From Camelus ferus (taxonomy: Eukaryota): a stretch of DNA of 64,000 bases. This document shows positions 13,521-26,172 of this stretch, in pieces. Under the pieces are notes generated by a model. That model ran no database searches. It saw only the letters and a list, made by a program, of their open reading frames with translations, and was not told the origin of the DNA. Position 1 is the stretch's first letter. The number at the start of each line of letters is the position of its first letter. The DNA lies in contig NC_045696.1 of NCBI RefSeq assembly GCF_009834535.1, positions 75,518,001 through 75,582,000 on the forward strand, read 5' to 3'. The translations under genes were made by a program, and so were the position numbers.

Positions 13521-13685
13521 TTGAAAACAAGGCCAACAGCAGAGACCCTGTTGAGGTTTGCCCATGCTATCAAATCTGAAAAGAGAGCATTGTATTTACT
13601 AGGAAGTAACGTTTGTAATATTGTATATTTTCATGTTGCTTCAACATAGGAAACTAATGCCTGATTTTCTGTGAATAATCTTTAT

Positions 13686-13871
13686 CAGTGGCTTTCACAG
13701 CTTAGTATGTAACAGAATCACCTGGATGACTTGTTACAAACAGAATGCTGGGCCCCACTCCTAGACAGTATAATTAAATGGTCTTGGGTGGACCCAGGAA
13801 TCTGTATTTCTGACAAGTTCCCAGGTGATGCTGATGCTGCTGGTCTAGAGACCCCTATTTGAAAATCACTA
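13686..13871 (-). mobile_element. MER5A hAT-Charlie MITE, full length
   Basis: cagtgg..gaatcacctgg..acaagttcccaggtgatgctgatgctgctggtc..tttgaaaatcacta; 8-bp TSD atctttat (13678-13685) / atctctat (13872-13879). Confidence 0.9.
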
Positions 13872-14591
13872 ATCTCTATCACAAGCAGTCTAGCTTTTCC
13901 ACAGCTCTCTTGCCTTGTGTGGTTTAAGTGGTGCCACCTACTGGACACGATAGAAAAGAATTGCAGGAGAACCTTAAGCATTTTAAAAAATGATCCTGAG
14001 GGTTCTGTCAAGAGCTTATAAATCTTTGTATCTTTTATGAATTGAGAATAGACAGCTCATTTTTATCATGATACAAGAATAACATTTTGATTTTGGTGTT
14101 TCTTTTTTAAGTAAAGAAAACATTAAGACGTTCTGTTTACAGCTACATGCATAAGAGCTGTACTGCAACTAATTAGCTGAACTGCTGCCAATCACTTGTT
14201 GATTTTGAGTCCCCTCAATTGCATTGCAGGAAGGAATACATCCTGGTGCAACAGGCACAAAAGAGTGTCTCTTCAGGCCTCTGTGTGTTCATCTGTGTAA
14301 TGAGAGGGTAGTCTCAAAAAGCATCCTCTAATATTCTGTGATTCTACTCTAATGACATTTTGCTTAGCATAGCCTCAGAATGGAGAATCACATTTAGAAT
14401 GAAAGTCTGTTCTCTGACATCATATAACCCTCTTGTTTTATAAAAATTAAACTAAATATTTTTGGGTTCCCAAGTGCCTTTGCCTTTTCTTTCCAGGCTA
14501 TAATTTCTGTATCAGTAAAATAATAATAATAATGATACCAATTTCTTTTACAGAATTATTTTAAGGATATAACATAAGCGGTAATAACTGT

Positions 14592-14962
14592 TGTATTAGT
14601 TTGCTAGGGCTGCCGTAACAAAGTATTATAAACCGGGTGGTTGGAAAAACAGAAATTTATTTCCTCACAGTCCTGGAGGCTGGAAGTCTGAGGTCAGGGT
14701 GCTGGCAGGGTGGGTTTCTTCCGAGGCCTCTCTCCTTGACTGGTAGGTGGCTGCTTCTCTCTGTGTCCTTACATAGTCTGTCTGTGCCCAAATCTCCTCT
14801 TCTTACAAGGGCACCAGTCATACTGGATTAGGGCCCACCCTAACAACCTCATTTTAACTTAATAACCATCTTAAAGACCTCTCCAAATGTAGTCATATTC
14901 TGAGGTACTGGGGGTTAAGTCTTCAACGAATGACTTTTGGAGATATAATTCAGCCAGTAACA
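14592..14962 (-). mobile_element. MaLR solo LTR, MLT1B-like
   Basis: tgtattagtttgctagggctgcc..ggattagggcccacccta..aattcagccagtaaca; TG..CA termini; 5-bp TSD actgt/gctgt; interrupts a MIR tail (~14495-14995). Confidence 0.88.
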
Positions 14963-15194
14963 GCTGTGTTTAAAGCACCGTACAAATATTGTTTTGAAAC
15001 AGAACCTTATCTGCTTGAGTTTCATTTTCCACATTTGTAAAACAAGAAAGCTTTCCTGAGGGAATTCTGAATGACTCCAACTGTAATAGTCTGTTGTGCT
15101 CTCATTTCTCTAACTCTGCACAGTCTACGGTGAAGGAGAGAAGTTTCTCTGGAAGCCACTGTGTTCAGGTCCTGGGATAGGAGACCATCTGTGT

Positions 15195-15442
15195 TCAGAT
15201 GTAGCAGAAAGAGCATGGAGTCAGATGACTGGATTTGATTCTAACTCAGCAATTTTCCTATTGAGAAACGTTGGATACAATGTCTATAATATCCAATCTC
15301 TCTCGGTCTCAGTTTTCTCCTGTGTAAAATGGGGCTGTAGCACCTTCCTAGAGCTGCCTGTGAAGGTAAGGGAGGTAACAGGCATAAGGCACCCAGCACA
15401 AAGATCACTTAACCCTGGGGGCTCAGTCAATGGTAGTTACAT
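15195..15442 (+). mobile_element. MIR SINE
   Basis: gaaagagcatggagtcaga..tctcagttttctcctgtgtaaaatgggg..gctcagtcaatggtagtta. Confidence 0.8.
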
Positions 15443-15739
15443 ATTGCACAGTCAGCCTTGCCTGCCTCTGCTAAGGGAGAATGAATCTTGCAGAAATGCC
15501 CTGTCGGCATCTTGGAGACTGTCACATTCTTCCTTAAGGGACTGCTGCATTCTATTCTTTCTTGAGTCACATTGCTGACCTGGGAAGCAAAGCAACCCAT
15601 CTCCCTATTGCAAAGCTACGACTCCCTCTGCAGAGGCTGGAGAGAAAGGCTATTGCAGCAGTTACCCATCATTACATCAGAAGCACAGGAGGTTATATTA
15701 TTTTCACTGAATCTTAGCTAAGAACCATTTTTCCACATC

Positions 15740-15985
15740 TATCATTTTGATAATTGGATTATATTCTATAGTTTGGATAGACAAAAATTTCCCCATTCTC
15801 CTATCTATGAGCATTTAGGTTGCTTCTCATTTTATAAATGTTGCAATGTGCATCTTTGCGCATATATTTCCTACTTCCTCCTTCTCCCAAGCTGTTTCTT
15901 TAGGATAAATTCCTAGAATTGAGCATAAGCGTTTCTATGTAGATTAGACTTTAAACAAAGGACACCTAGCTTTCCTGCAAAGTGC
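15740..15985 (-). mobile_element. Old L1 (L1ME-like) fragment
   Basis: gcatttaggttgcttc..tgtttctttaggataaattcctaga, antisense L1 ORF2 end. Confidence 0.6.
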
Positions 15986-16579
15986 TATGGTCTTTAAATA
16001 TTTGCTTCTCTGTAAAAGATAGCCTCTCCTATCATTAAAATACTTAGTACTGAGGCATATGGGAGAGTACCATCTGCTGCCTTGAAAACATTACTTCCTG
16101 CAGTTTCCTGCTTTCCTTCCCTGAGAGCAGGACCAGGTACCAGCCAAGGTAGTGTCTGCTCCCAGGCTGGGTACATGATGATGGGAAGAGTGCTCATTAA
16201 GTGAGGTCACACTGCCAAGTCACCAGGCCCAGCATAGCCTGTATTTAGAATGTAGAGGGCAGCCAGACACTACATCCTGACTCCTTTAGGAAACTGTTGC
16301 TTATTGGGAGCTTGGGATACAAGCCACTGAAAATGATGTGTGCTGCGCTCTGGGCTGTTTGCTGCTCTGTCCAGCCTGTCTTCCTCTTCTCACTGGTACA
16401 GATCTAACCACCTACATCATTAATTGCTCTTTGGTCCAGCTCTCTGCTTTGGCCATTATTGCTCTACTTGTGAAATGACTTTTTCTCAGTGGCTTTGGAT
16501 TGCAATCAAATGTCTGCCAACAATCACTCTTTATTTTAATACATTGATTTACATTCATACAAAATTATTCAGAGCTTTA

Positions 16580-16700
16580 CATTTGATTTTGAGCTTCTTC
16601 AGGGTAAGGATGTTCACTTATCATCTATATCCTGAGAGTTAAGAATGGAGCACATTCTTGCCATCAATGTGCAATAAATTGATGAATAAATGAATGAACA
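16580..16700 (+). mobile_element. L2 3' end fragment
   Basis: tgagcttcttcagggtaagga..caataaattgatgaataaatgaatgaa. Confidence 0.6.
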
Positions 16701-17666
16701 TCTATTAATTGAGCCAGTATCACCTAAGTTGAATGCTTGGTCTTTTTATCCTCATATCACCTTACAGGGCTTCAGTACAAGCCTGATGGAAAGATTTACC
16801 CAGATACGCCATTTTTTGCTGTTGTTGCCCCATTTTTTTTATCAGACAGATTTAGAAGCAAAATAAAATAACTAGAATGAAGAGGAAAAAGGCTTGATTT
16901 TGATGCCTGTTTCCACACTGATTTCCTGGGTGTTTTATGAGAACTGGCTTTTCATATTAAACTGAAAACACCATTTTAAAATATTCAGACCTAAATGTCT
17001 TCTTATTTTGAATAAGGTACTTCCTTGAGAAAAGCTCCTCCTTCACAAAATATGCTCAGATGTGTAATGAAGTGTAAGACTTAATCCCATTTATGGTTAG
17101 ATTAAGTTCCCCTCTTTTTGTTAAAGTCTCCAACCATTTGATTCTGAAGAAAGCTATTGGAGAGGGCTGGAGGCAAGTTTACGGACTTGGTATTTTTTGG
17201 AGAATATAAAATGGTTGCCTCTCATTTCATTTTATTCCACTTCATTTTATCTTATTTGGTATTTTTTTCTTTAAATGGGCACTTTAAAACTGTTTAATTC
17301 CTGACAGTTTGTGTTGGGAGGCAGCAAGATGAGAAGGTCTCATTGTATGTATCATACGATTCCTATGTAGAGCAATTTAAATGACAGAAGATCAAATCTG
17401 GGTTTGAAAAAGTTGCATGCCATAGGACAGGAAGCTGCAATAATATGTCTGGAGGCTGTTTTTCCTAAGATTAGAAATTTGTTACTGAGACCAGGTAAAT
17501 ACAAAAATGAAATGTCATAAATATGAAATAAAGTAACATAAAAATAAATGTATTTATGCGTTAGTGCCAGTGACTTAGCTTTATTACTTTAAATCTATAT
17601 ACATATATATCTTTTAAGGGGGCCTATTTTATACACTGGGCATTATGGCGATAAGATATATAATGC

Positions 17667-18121
17667 CAGGGATTAATGGCTTTTTAGTGTCTACAAAAAT
17701 GTTTGCGAGTTCAAAGATAAAATTTGCTGGCCCTCAAATATGAAAAATCATGGTAAACCAAACTTGAAAATATTTAGTTATCTCAAAATATAGCATTATA
17801 TAAACAGGACCCAAAGTTAATTGATATTCACAAACATTTTATTGTATCTGAACAATTCGTGGGTTAAAATATCTTCATATCACAAGGGTTCTTGAGTATG
17901 TGCTGTGATTGCTAGATAATTGAAGATCGTAAATTAAATGAATTAGTCACACTCAAGTAATTTAAAAAGCAAAATTATAACAATACTATAAAACTATAAA
18001 ATGTTCTCTGAAAATATTTTATAGCAAAAATAATATTTACCATGGGATGTGGGGACATTTTAACAGACGATAAAATGTGAGATATAACTTTAGGGCCTAT
18101 AACAACCTTAAAGTGGCCCTA
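17667..18121. mobile_element. Possible hAT-Tip100-type DNA transposon relic
   Basis: cagg.. start, AT-rich body, end tagggcctat..cttaaagtggcccta resembling Tip100-type termini; family not established. Confidence 0.35.
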
Positions 18122-18126
18122 ATTTT

Positions 18127-18417
18127 TTTTTTAATTAATAGGCTTTATTTCTTAGAGCAGTGTTAGTTTAACAGAGGAATGACCAGCAAGTAAGAATTCT
18201 ATTATATCAGTCTCTCCCAAAGTTTCTCCTATTATTAATGTTTCGATTAGTGTGCTACATTCATTATAATTGGTGAGCCAGTATTATTACATTATTATCA
18301 ACTGAAGTCTACAGCTTATATTAAGGTTCACTCAATGTTGTATAACATATGGGTTTGGACAAATGGATAATGACATGTATTCACCATTACAATATTGTAC
18401 AAAATAGTTTCACTGCC
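18127..18417 (-). mobile_element. 5'-truncated old L1 3' end (L1MC/L1MD-like)
   Basis: Poly-T then antisense L1 3'UTR (atgggtttggacaaatg..aatagtttcactgcc); 16-bp TSD aagtggccctaatttt (18111-18126) / aagtggctctaatttt (18418-18433); TT/AAAA site on minus. Confidence 0.85.
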
Positions 18418-19069
18418 AAGTGGCTCTAATTTTAAGACATGGGCATCTATACCATGAACTTTCACTGCACGTACGAGTTTTATTTCTCATGACCAGTTAG
18501 GACTGTCCCATTCACCTGTGGTCTCTATCTAGCTATAGCCAACAACCAGTATGAATCTGTCCAAAATTATTTTTCTTATTATTTTGGGAGAGGGGATTCT
18601 AAGGTACTATTTTCCTTATTAATCTTGTTCTGCTTCCTCTTTTTATTTTCTTTTTTAATATTTATCTGGCTTTGCTCTTTTTAAAATTTTCAGTTTTTCC
18701 TTTTAGTGGCATCATAATGAGTCTATTTTCATGGTGACTAATTTAATTTTCTGGGGTGTGTTCCAATGTAGGAGACTTAAAGTGCTTTGATTATTGTCAG
18801 GATCACTATCGTTATTATGTTTGTTCAGGGCATCTATCAGCTGTTTGATTTCCTTTCTTTTTCAGTTGGTTGCCTCAGATACTGGGTCCTTATTTCCTGT
18901 TGTATTCCAGATTTATTTTCCCAGAGTATTACTTGTCTTTGGATTTCCGTCTTTGTGGATATCATTCTAAAGACCCAGGGAGTTATTTCTTAGGAAGCTT
19001 GTGACTGTTTTATAGTTTCTGTCTTTCAGGATATTCTGACTGATTGTTTAGCCTCTGTTAGCCAGAGAG

Positions 19070-19446
19070 AGAGTAGACTGTAGAGGAAATAACACAGGAC
19101 TTAAAAATCAGAAGTAGTTTCAAGCTCCATCATGCACTGACAAAGCATCAAACCCTTAATAAATGGGGATAATGCTGCCTAAGCTGCCTTTGAACATGCT
19201 AGTCCTTCTGCTTGGAATATTTATCTTCTTTAATCTTATCTGAAAAAATTCTATTATGCATTCAAAATCCAGTTCATAGGTCAACTCCTTCAGGAAGCCT
19301 TCCTAGACCCTTCCAGATAGAGTCAGTATTCCTTCTTCTGTCCCTCATACTCACCCGCCACTCACTCTGATGTAATTCATGTCAGTAGAAGACAAAGAAT
19401 AAAATGAGATAGTCTTAAGAATAATACGTTTTGAACCATAAAGCTC
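19070..19446 (+). mobile_element. MIR fragments with an L2 fragment (~19183-19355) between them
   Basis: MIR head and core (aaatggggataat), then L2 motif caactccttcaggaagccttcctagacc, then MIR tail aaaatgagata. Confidence 0.5.
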
Positions 19447-19962
19447 CTGTGGATTGTTTTTAGTAGACATCGCACACTTTACCAAGTTGTGGTTCCTTTC
19501 CTCAGAGAGTTCAGCATGTAGTAAGTATTTGATAGCACAAGTATGGTTGTTTGTTTATTTCTACATTCAAAAAATGTTAATTGAGGCACCAACTATGTCC
19601 CAAATACTGTATATGAAATGTATAGCCAAGGGAATTAAAAGTTTCAAAAGGTGATAAAATTTAATACTTAAACACTAAAAGCAAGCAAATAAGACCAAGA
19701 ATTAGTAACAGGGGCTTTGAAATTGAGAATGTACATCTCAGTTGCTCGCAATCAAAACAAGTAACAGCTTGGGAGCTGTGAAAGGACCATAGCTACCTCC
19801 CTGCTGTGTTACTTATCATCATATTCATGTGAAAGAGAACTTGGAGTTTGATAGTATAACCAACTGAATATCCTTTACGTATCCTTTAGAAGTTATCATA
19901 TAAATCTATATCTGGTATGTTCTGTTTCATTCTCATTGAAAGATCTGACTTCAATTATTCTT

Positions 19963-20092
19963 TTTTTTTTTTAACATTTTTTATTGATTTATAATCATTT
20001 TACAATGTTGTGTCAAATTCCAGTGTTCAGCACAATTTTTCAGTTATTCATGGACATATACACACTCATTGTCACATTCTTTTCTCTGTGAG
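19963..20092 (-). mobile_element. Young, heavily truncated L1 3' end, camelid-type
   Basis: Pure T tail, then aacattttttattgatttataatcattttacaatgttgtgtcaaattccagtg..; TSD tattctt (19956-19962, 20093-20099). Confidence 0.8.
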
Positions 20093-20654
20093 TATTCTTA
20101 ATAAATCCTTTTGCTCATAAAGCCCTGGTCAGAAATCCCTGTAAGTTATATATGGTTAATTATACAACACTGAGCTGAATGGCTCCTACCTGACTATGTA
20201 GGTCAGGATTTTGGTGCCCACACAGGGTACGCCCATGGAAGCTGTGTCCTCTACAGAAATCTGTTGTCACAAGGTTTATTTCTGTCTGTATACATTACCT
20301 AGTGGAATTTCTCCCAGGTCTTGGTTTCCTCATTTATCTTGTACCTGGGGCTTCCAGATCCTTTCTTGACCACTCAGCTTTCCTCTATGGGCCTCTTGAC
20401 CAACCCTGATATTTCGGCTTCTCTCTTTATTCTCTGCCTAATGGTGATTATCCAGCTGTCTGACCAAAGTACCATGTTAGCCTTTCAGGGCTCCATACTC
20501 CATAGTCCCCAGTAACAACTCATCCAGTCTACCCTTTTGGCTGCCGTAAACCATGTCACAGCCACACTCGCTGCCCCAAAGCTGATCAGCCTGATGGTGT
20601 GGTATGTAACTTAGCAGATATCTAATTCATTATGGAGAATCACTGATTTGCCAT

Positions 20655-20750
20655 TTTTTCATTTATTCATTCACCCATCAGCATTTATTAAGCGTCAGCC
20701 CCAATGTGAAACTCTGAGATAGCACTGCCTTTGTGGGGCTCACAGTCTTA
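20655..20750 (-). mobile_element. L2 3' end fragment
   Basis: ttcatttattcattca..gcatttattaagc..ctgcctttgtggggctcacagtct. Confidence 0.55.
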
Positions 20751-21767
20751 TTTGGATCAGATAACCTCTTGTGATTCTATCCAGAATTTTAAACTCATTG
20801 CAAACAACTGTGATGAATGTGTTTCTCTACCCTTTCCCTGTGGTTGTTGGTTTGTCCTATAGCCTTTTGGGGTCCACATCCAAAGCACCTAAACTGGTCT
20901 AGGCTTGATGGTGGCTTCATAGGTGAGAGTTGCCTCTACTAATCATATGCTGATATATGGCCTTGGATAGATCTTTAGGACTAGATGTTGGAAATGGCAT
21001 TAAAGAATAGAAGATAATAAATGCATGTTAAAAGAACATTTTGTTGTCCACTTAAACTGTAATTTCTTGTTTGAAGAATATGGCTCATAAATGGTTTCAG
21101 TATTATATTTATTGATTAATTTGTAGAAATAACCTCAAAATAAACATATGCAGATGAAACAACAGAAATAATCTTCATTACACATTGTGGAGCCAAACAA
21201 AATGTGCCTTGTACTCTTTGGGTACTTACTCTTCATTTTGGGGAATATTGGTAGAATAAAAACATACTAGCAAGGCAATGAAATGCATCTTGAATTCTCA
21301 TTGATCATAAGACTTCTTATGAGCTCAACTAGACTGTTTTACAACTGATTGGTTTTATGGTCTCTCTTCCATGTGAAGAAGAATTTTCAGTCTCTCAAAA
21401 ATCTCATGAGCAATTAATCATTTTTTATTACAGTAGCACCATCCTGGCTAGAGTCCCAAAGACTGAGTGATGTCAGCAGTGGTCTTATATTCAGGGCAAT
21501 GTGAAAGTCCTCAGATCCTGCCATGATTTTCCTAATGGGAAAGACTAGACAGGTATTGGGAGCTGCTGAGGAGCAATATTTGTCTCCTTTCTTGCTTGCC
21601 TTTAAACTCATAGAACTAGACTCTAAATCTAACTGAGTGTGCCACCAAAGCATTAAAGGAATGATGAAGCCCTGCCACGGAGATTTATAAATCACCTTTC
21701 CTATGGGAGATGGTATTGCACAGTGGTTAGAAACAAACAAACAAAAAGCATTTAGTATCCATCACCT

Positions 21768-21943
21768 TCAATATTTCATCAATTATAAGATGTCCTCTTT
21801 CCTCTATACTTCAACATCTCTGAAATTGGGGCCCAAATTGCAATTGATGGCATATTGTAGTTTAATTGGCTGCATTTTTGTCCTCTATGAGTAGTAGATG
21901 AAACAATAATGGTACTGTCATCTCAGATTTGATGATGATACGG
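21768..21943 (+). mobile_element. MER104-like TcMar MITE nested in a MIR (~21705-21990)
   Basis: tatttcatcaattataagatg..aacatctctgaaattggg..agtttaattggc..gatttgatga..atacgg followed by TA; the MIR resumes with ctagctatgtgacct. Confidence 0.8.
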
Positions 21944-22274
21944 TACTAGCTATGTGACCTGTAGACAAGTTACATAAACGCTCTGTGCCATATATCCCGC
22001 AGTGAATCTCACTGCACAACACTTGGCACATAATGAACTACAGAAATAAAATTATATGCTCTTTATTACACTGTTTCATATTTCTTCTTACACTGTCTCT
22101 GTGATATAGGATGGAACATAAATTAGATTAATTCTTCACATTAGTAACAGTGTGTTTTTTTTGGTGATTATTTACTTGTTAAAATTATTACTCTACCATG
22201 TGTTGATTTACTTTAATTGTGAAAAATGATCATAGGAAGGACAAGGAATAAAGTATGGAAATGAATAACAATAT

Positions 22275-22465
22275 ATGTTAGCATAATGTCTCGTGTTTTT
22301 AAAACCACTTCGCAGTCTTATCGTCATTTGAGCTTTTCATCTTCCCTATGAGGTAAAGAGCAAGGTGTTATCCTCCTTTTAGAGAAGCGAAGAGATTGAG
22401 TGACTTACTCAGAGACACACAGGTACTTTTCTAAGTCCTGGTCCAGAGCTCTCCTTTGCCACTGA
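22275..22465 (-). mobile_element. MIR SINE
   Basis: ccctatgaggta..ttatcctccttttagaga..gagattgagtgacttactcag. Confidence 0.65.
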
Positions 22466-22484
22466 GACGTTCCTGACTCTCAGA

Positions 22485-22900
22485 GCATCAACTTTCACTA
22501 CTTTTACATTGCCATTAATTTCCAGAGGTCCTCTCTCATATTTCTAAGATACTCCCACTGTGTATCTCAGCATCACTCCCAAAATGTTTTACATGAACAA
22601 ACTGTCTTTTCCCTCTAACAAACCCATTAGAGGTTGCTCACTAGGTTTACTTCTTTCAACCATGTAGTTATCCTGTCACAGAAATGCAGAGTCCTGTTTA
22701 ACCCTTCCCCTTTCCTCACCATCCTCTCTCACAGTTTACCAGTACCAATTTCTTTCCATCATTCCTCTCTAATGTCTTTCCTTTTGAACCTTCACTGCTA
22801 TCTTTTTTTAGACAGGAATTTCACAGTAGTCTCTTAGTTTTCCAATTCATCCTGTAGTCAGCTGGCTTCACCTTTTAAAATGCATTTTGTATATATGTCA
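22485..22900 (+). mobile_element. L2 internal fragment
   Basis: Pyrimidine-rich L2-like body (cagaaatgcagagtc..cttcccctttcctcacc). Confidence 0.45.
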
Positions 22901-23214
22901 CAGGCTCAATATTGGGCAGAATGAGGTCTAAGGACTAACACTGAACAATCTCAAGTCTAGTTAGTGCTGTCTTTTCATCACAAAGGGCTTGGCAATGATG
23001 GACCTTGTTGACCAGGAGAAACTAGTATTGTGAGACCAACCAAGAGAAGACAATGCCAGTCTAGATAAAGGAACGCCCTTGTAGGGCTTCTCTCTAATCA
23101 TTTAAACTGATCTTTATTGTCTTCCGAAAACACCTTCGACACAGCCAGTTCTTCCAATAAAACTTGGACCAACTCTGCTTGTTTCTGTCCTGTATCTTTG
23201 CTCATAAGGCTTCT

Positions 23215-23460
23215 CAATCATTCAAAAATGCATTTAGTAAACATTCATTGAGCATTTTCAAGGCAAGAGGAATATAAAAACCCTGCTTTGCTCTTAGTAG
23301 TTCAGAGGGAAGTAAGGAGAGGAGACAAATAAGCAATTAATTATAATACATTGCAACAAATGCCACTGCTTGTAAAGTGTTTACTGGGGACATAAAGAAG
23401 CCATAGCTGGGTCCAAGGCAGTCAGGAAAGACTAGGAAGTGAAGGTGACACTTGAACTGA
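23215..23460 (-). mobile_element. L2 3' fragment
   Basis: aacattcattgagca..agacaaataagcaattaattataataca..gtcaggaaagact..gaaggtgacacttgaactga. Confidence 0.7.
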
Positions 23461-23599
23461 TCATCTCCTTCCCCTCAGTCTTTCCAGATCCTGTTCAGGC
23501 ATCCATCCAGTGGCACAATGCCTCTCAAATGCCTAAACCCTTTATTGAGGTGTCAACCTGTTTATCACTTTCCAAAACTCCTTTGGAAATTACTGTTAT

Positions 23600-23755
23600 C
23601 TCTTGTTTTGGTATTGTCATCACCTGTTACTCAGTTTCCTGTATATTTTCCTCAGTTCCTCCAGCTAGATCACAAACTCCCAAACACCAGGGATCATGCT
23701 GTATATTTTTTAGCATCCACCTCTAGATACCGGAACTAAATCCATGTTTATTAGA
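23600..23755 (+). mobile_element. L2 3' fragment
   Basis: gctagatcacaaactcc..cagggatcatg. Confidence 0.45.
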
Positions 23756-26069
23756 AGGTTTCTTTTGATCCTTCATGTACATACTAATTTTCATGATTAA
23801 GAAGTCATATATACATGCAGTCACACATTAGTGTCCTGCATGCTCTGATATTAAAAACAAATTTTTGAGAGAAGAATGCACTCTTCTAAGGTACAGTTAT
23901 AACTTCTAGTGGAACACGCTACTACTAAATATTTCAGGTTACATGCAGCAAATCCTAAGCTGATTATTATGATAGTAATGATTCTATTATTTACTGCTCA
24001 GAGAGAAATGTACACATGTTTGAAACAAGCACTGCAGGCGAGAGGAAGCGATTGTGTATGGTCCACAATATACGCAGTGTTTTACAACAAACATGCTGGG
24101 TAGAATGTATATTGATTTTTTAATCCTTAATTGGGATTTCAGGTCTATAAAATATTTGATATTGCTTCCTAGGATCAGGTTTCCTTGAATAAATACAGGT
24201 GACTGCTCTTTCCTGATAACATTTTCACCAATGATTACCACACTGACATCATGATGTACCCTCTTTCTTCTTTTTTTAGTACACAAAGAAAGCTTAAGCT
24301 ATGACTCTTTTTGTTTCACTTACTGACAACAAACAAAAAACACAGATGAAAAAAACTGGCAGAACTTATAGCAGAAGTAGTGTGCATGCTTAAAAATAAA
24401 TTAACTATTCAAAGCTGACTCAGTTTGCAGTTTAGAGAAATTCAATCTAGGGAAAATTCAGTTTGTCTAGATTTGGATTTTTTGGATTAAATGTCCAGTT
24501 TAATAACCAGACTGTCATTGAAAAATGTGAATTTAGTAATATTTTTAAGTGTTAGCATTGGGCAATATTTTTAGTTTTTCAGGAAAGAACTCATAAGATA
24601 AAACTGAAGTAGAATATTATTGTTACACTTTGCAAAATACTTGGAAGGCATTTGAGAATATATGACTTTTATCTCTATACAGTTATATATCTCAAGATTC
24701 ATTATGGGCGATAACTAGCAAAAATCCACTAGAATGGACTTATTCTTTACCAGTTGCCAATTTGGGGATTTAAATTTATAAATGATTTCTTTAACAGATT
24801 TCTTATTAGAGTTAAGAAACAGATTGAAAAAGCTCATTTAGTGCTTTAAAAATATTATAAAAGTTATGTTTATACGAAACATTTCTAAGTTATAAAAAAA
24901 AACAGCATCTAGATGCAGAAAAGGAAAATATTTGTAAAAATTCAATAGATTATTTCCTAGGTTTACTGTGTAGCATATTGTTTTAAGAGAGCCCAGGGGA
25001 TCCATATGTCAGGAAATTGCTTTCTATACGAGTTATAAAGGAGGGGTGGCTTCTAACATTGTATAAAGGAGGAGACCCAAATTATAACATTATAAATATT
25101 GAAATCTAGCATTATGACCCATTGGCATCACATCATGTCATAAATAAACTTGTACAAATATTGTCAGCAGTGTATTAGATATGAATTATTAGGAGATTGG
25201 AGACAGTTCTTAAGTATACATTTTCATTTTCAATATGCACATACATTTCATAAATATACATTTTTATCTAACATTTGCTCTTCCACAATGGCCATTCTAT
25301 TTGTTCACCAGCTGAGGGAGGTTAATAACAGGGGTGCTCTTCTCCGTCACCCTGGAAAATTTGAATAAAAGTCTTTTCGTATGTCCAAGGCAGGCCCTCA
25401 CTTTAAGTTCATGTTGTTGTGAGACTTGAAAGAAAGACATAATTTTGGTTTGGGGCTTATTTACCTAAATTTTCATGGTGAGTTGTAATCAAGTACACTT
25501 ATTTCCTTAACTTCTCAATATTGTTTCAAATATTATTCAAGATAACCCGAGGACAATAATTTTAAAGAAAGATTGCTCAAGTAAACCTACTGAAATTTAA
25601 TTTTCATTTAAATGCTTAAACAGTTCCGCTAGAATTGGTAGCCAATTCCATAACAATATGGGTTCATTTTTGGTTCTAGCACCTGATTGTTGCTGACATT
25701 AAACAGGATACACAAGCAAGACCTTAGATAAAAATTCAACTTTTCTCACCAAATGCAATTTTACATGATATAACAGTGAGTAAAAGGTTCACAGATTTAC
25801 TTTAAGTTTGAGGTTTAAATAATTAACAAATTTGACTACCTTTAAGTTTTCTTATACTTTTTACCTTTTTATATACATAAAGGGGGGGGGGACACTTTTG
25901 TAAACTTCACCAAATGCTCACACATTATTTTTTTCTTTCTTTTGTTACTGCAGTTAAATCATACTTCCCTATTAGGAAGTGGGAAAAATTATCCCAGTAG
26001 AATATCTTTTAGTAATGCTACTTCTTTTAAAAATCATTCTACTGATCATTTTTTAAAAAAATTACTTAC

Positions 26070-26172
26070 CTTGTTGTATCTGTGTGCTGTTCAAAGTTAA
26101 AGCCCATTTTTCAGGTAGTAGGGAAGCTCCTGGGCTGAGCATTTTCTGGCTTATTCATAAAAACAGCTTAAG
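26070..26172 (-). other. Candidate exon (103 nt) of an unidentified transcript
   Basis: Minus strand: branch-like ACTCAC, then tgctttcctgttcttcAG acceptor (26173-26174), ending AAG|GTAAGT, a consensus donor (26069-26064). Lies in a ~3.5 kb repeat-free block. Confidence 0.5.
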
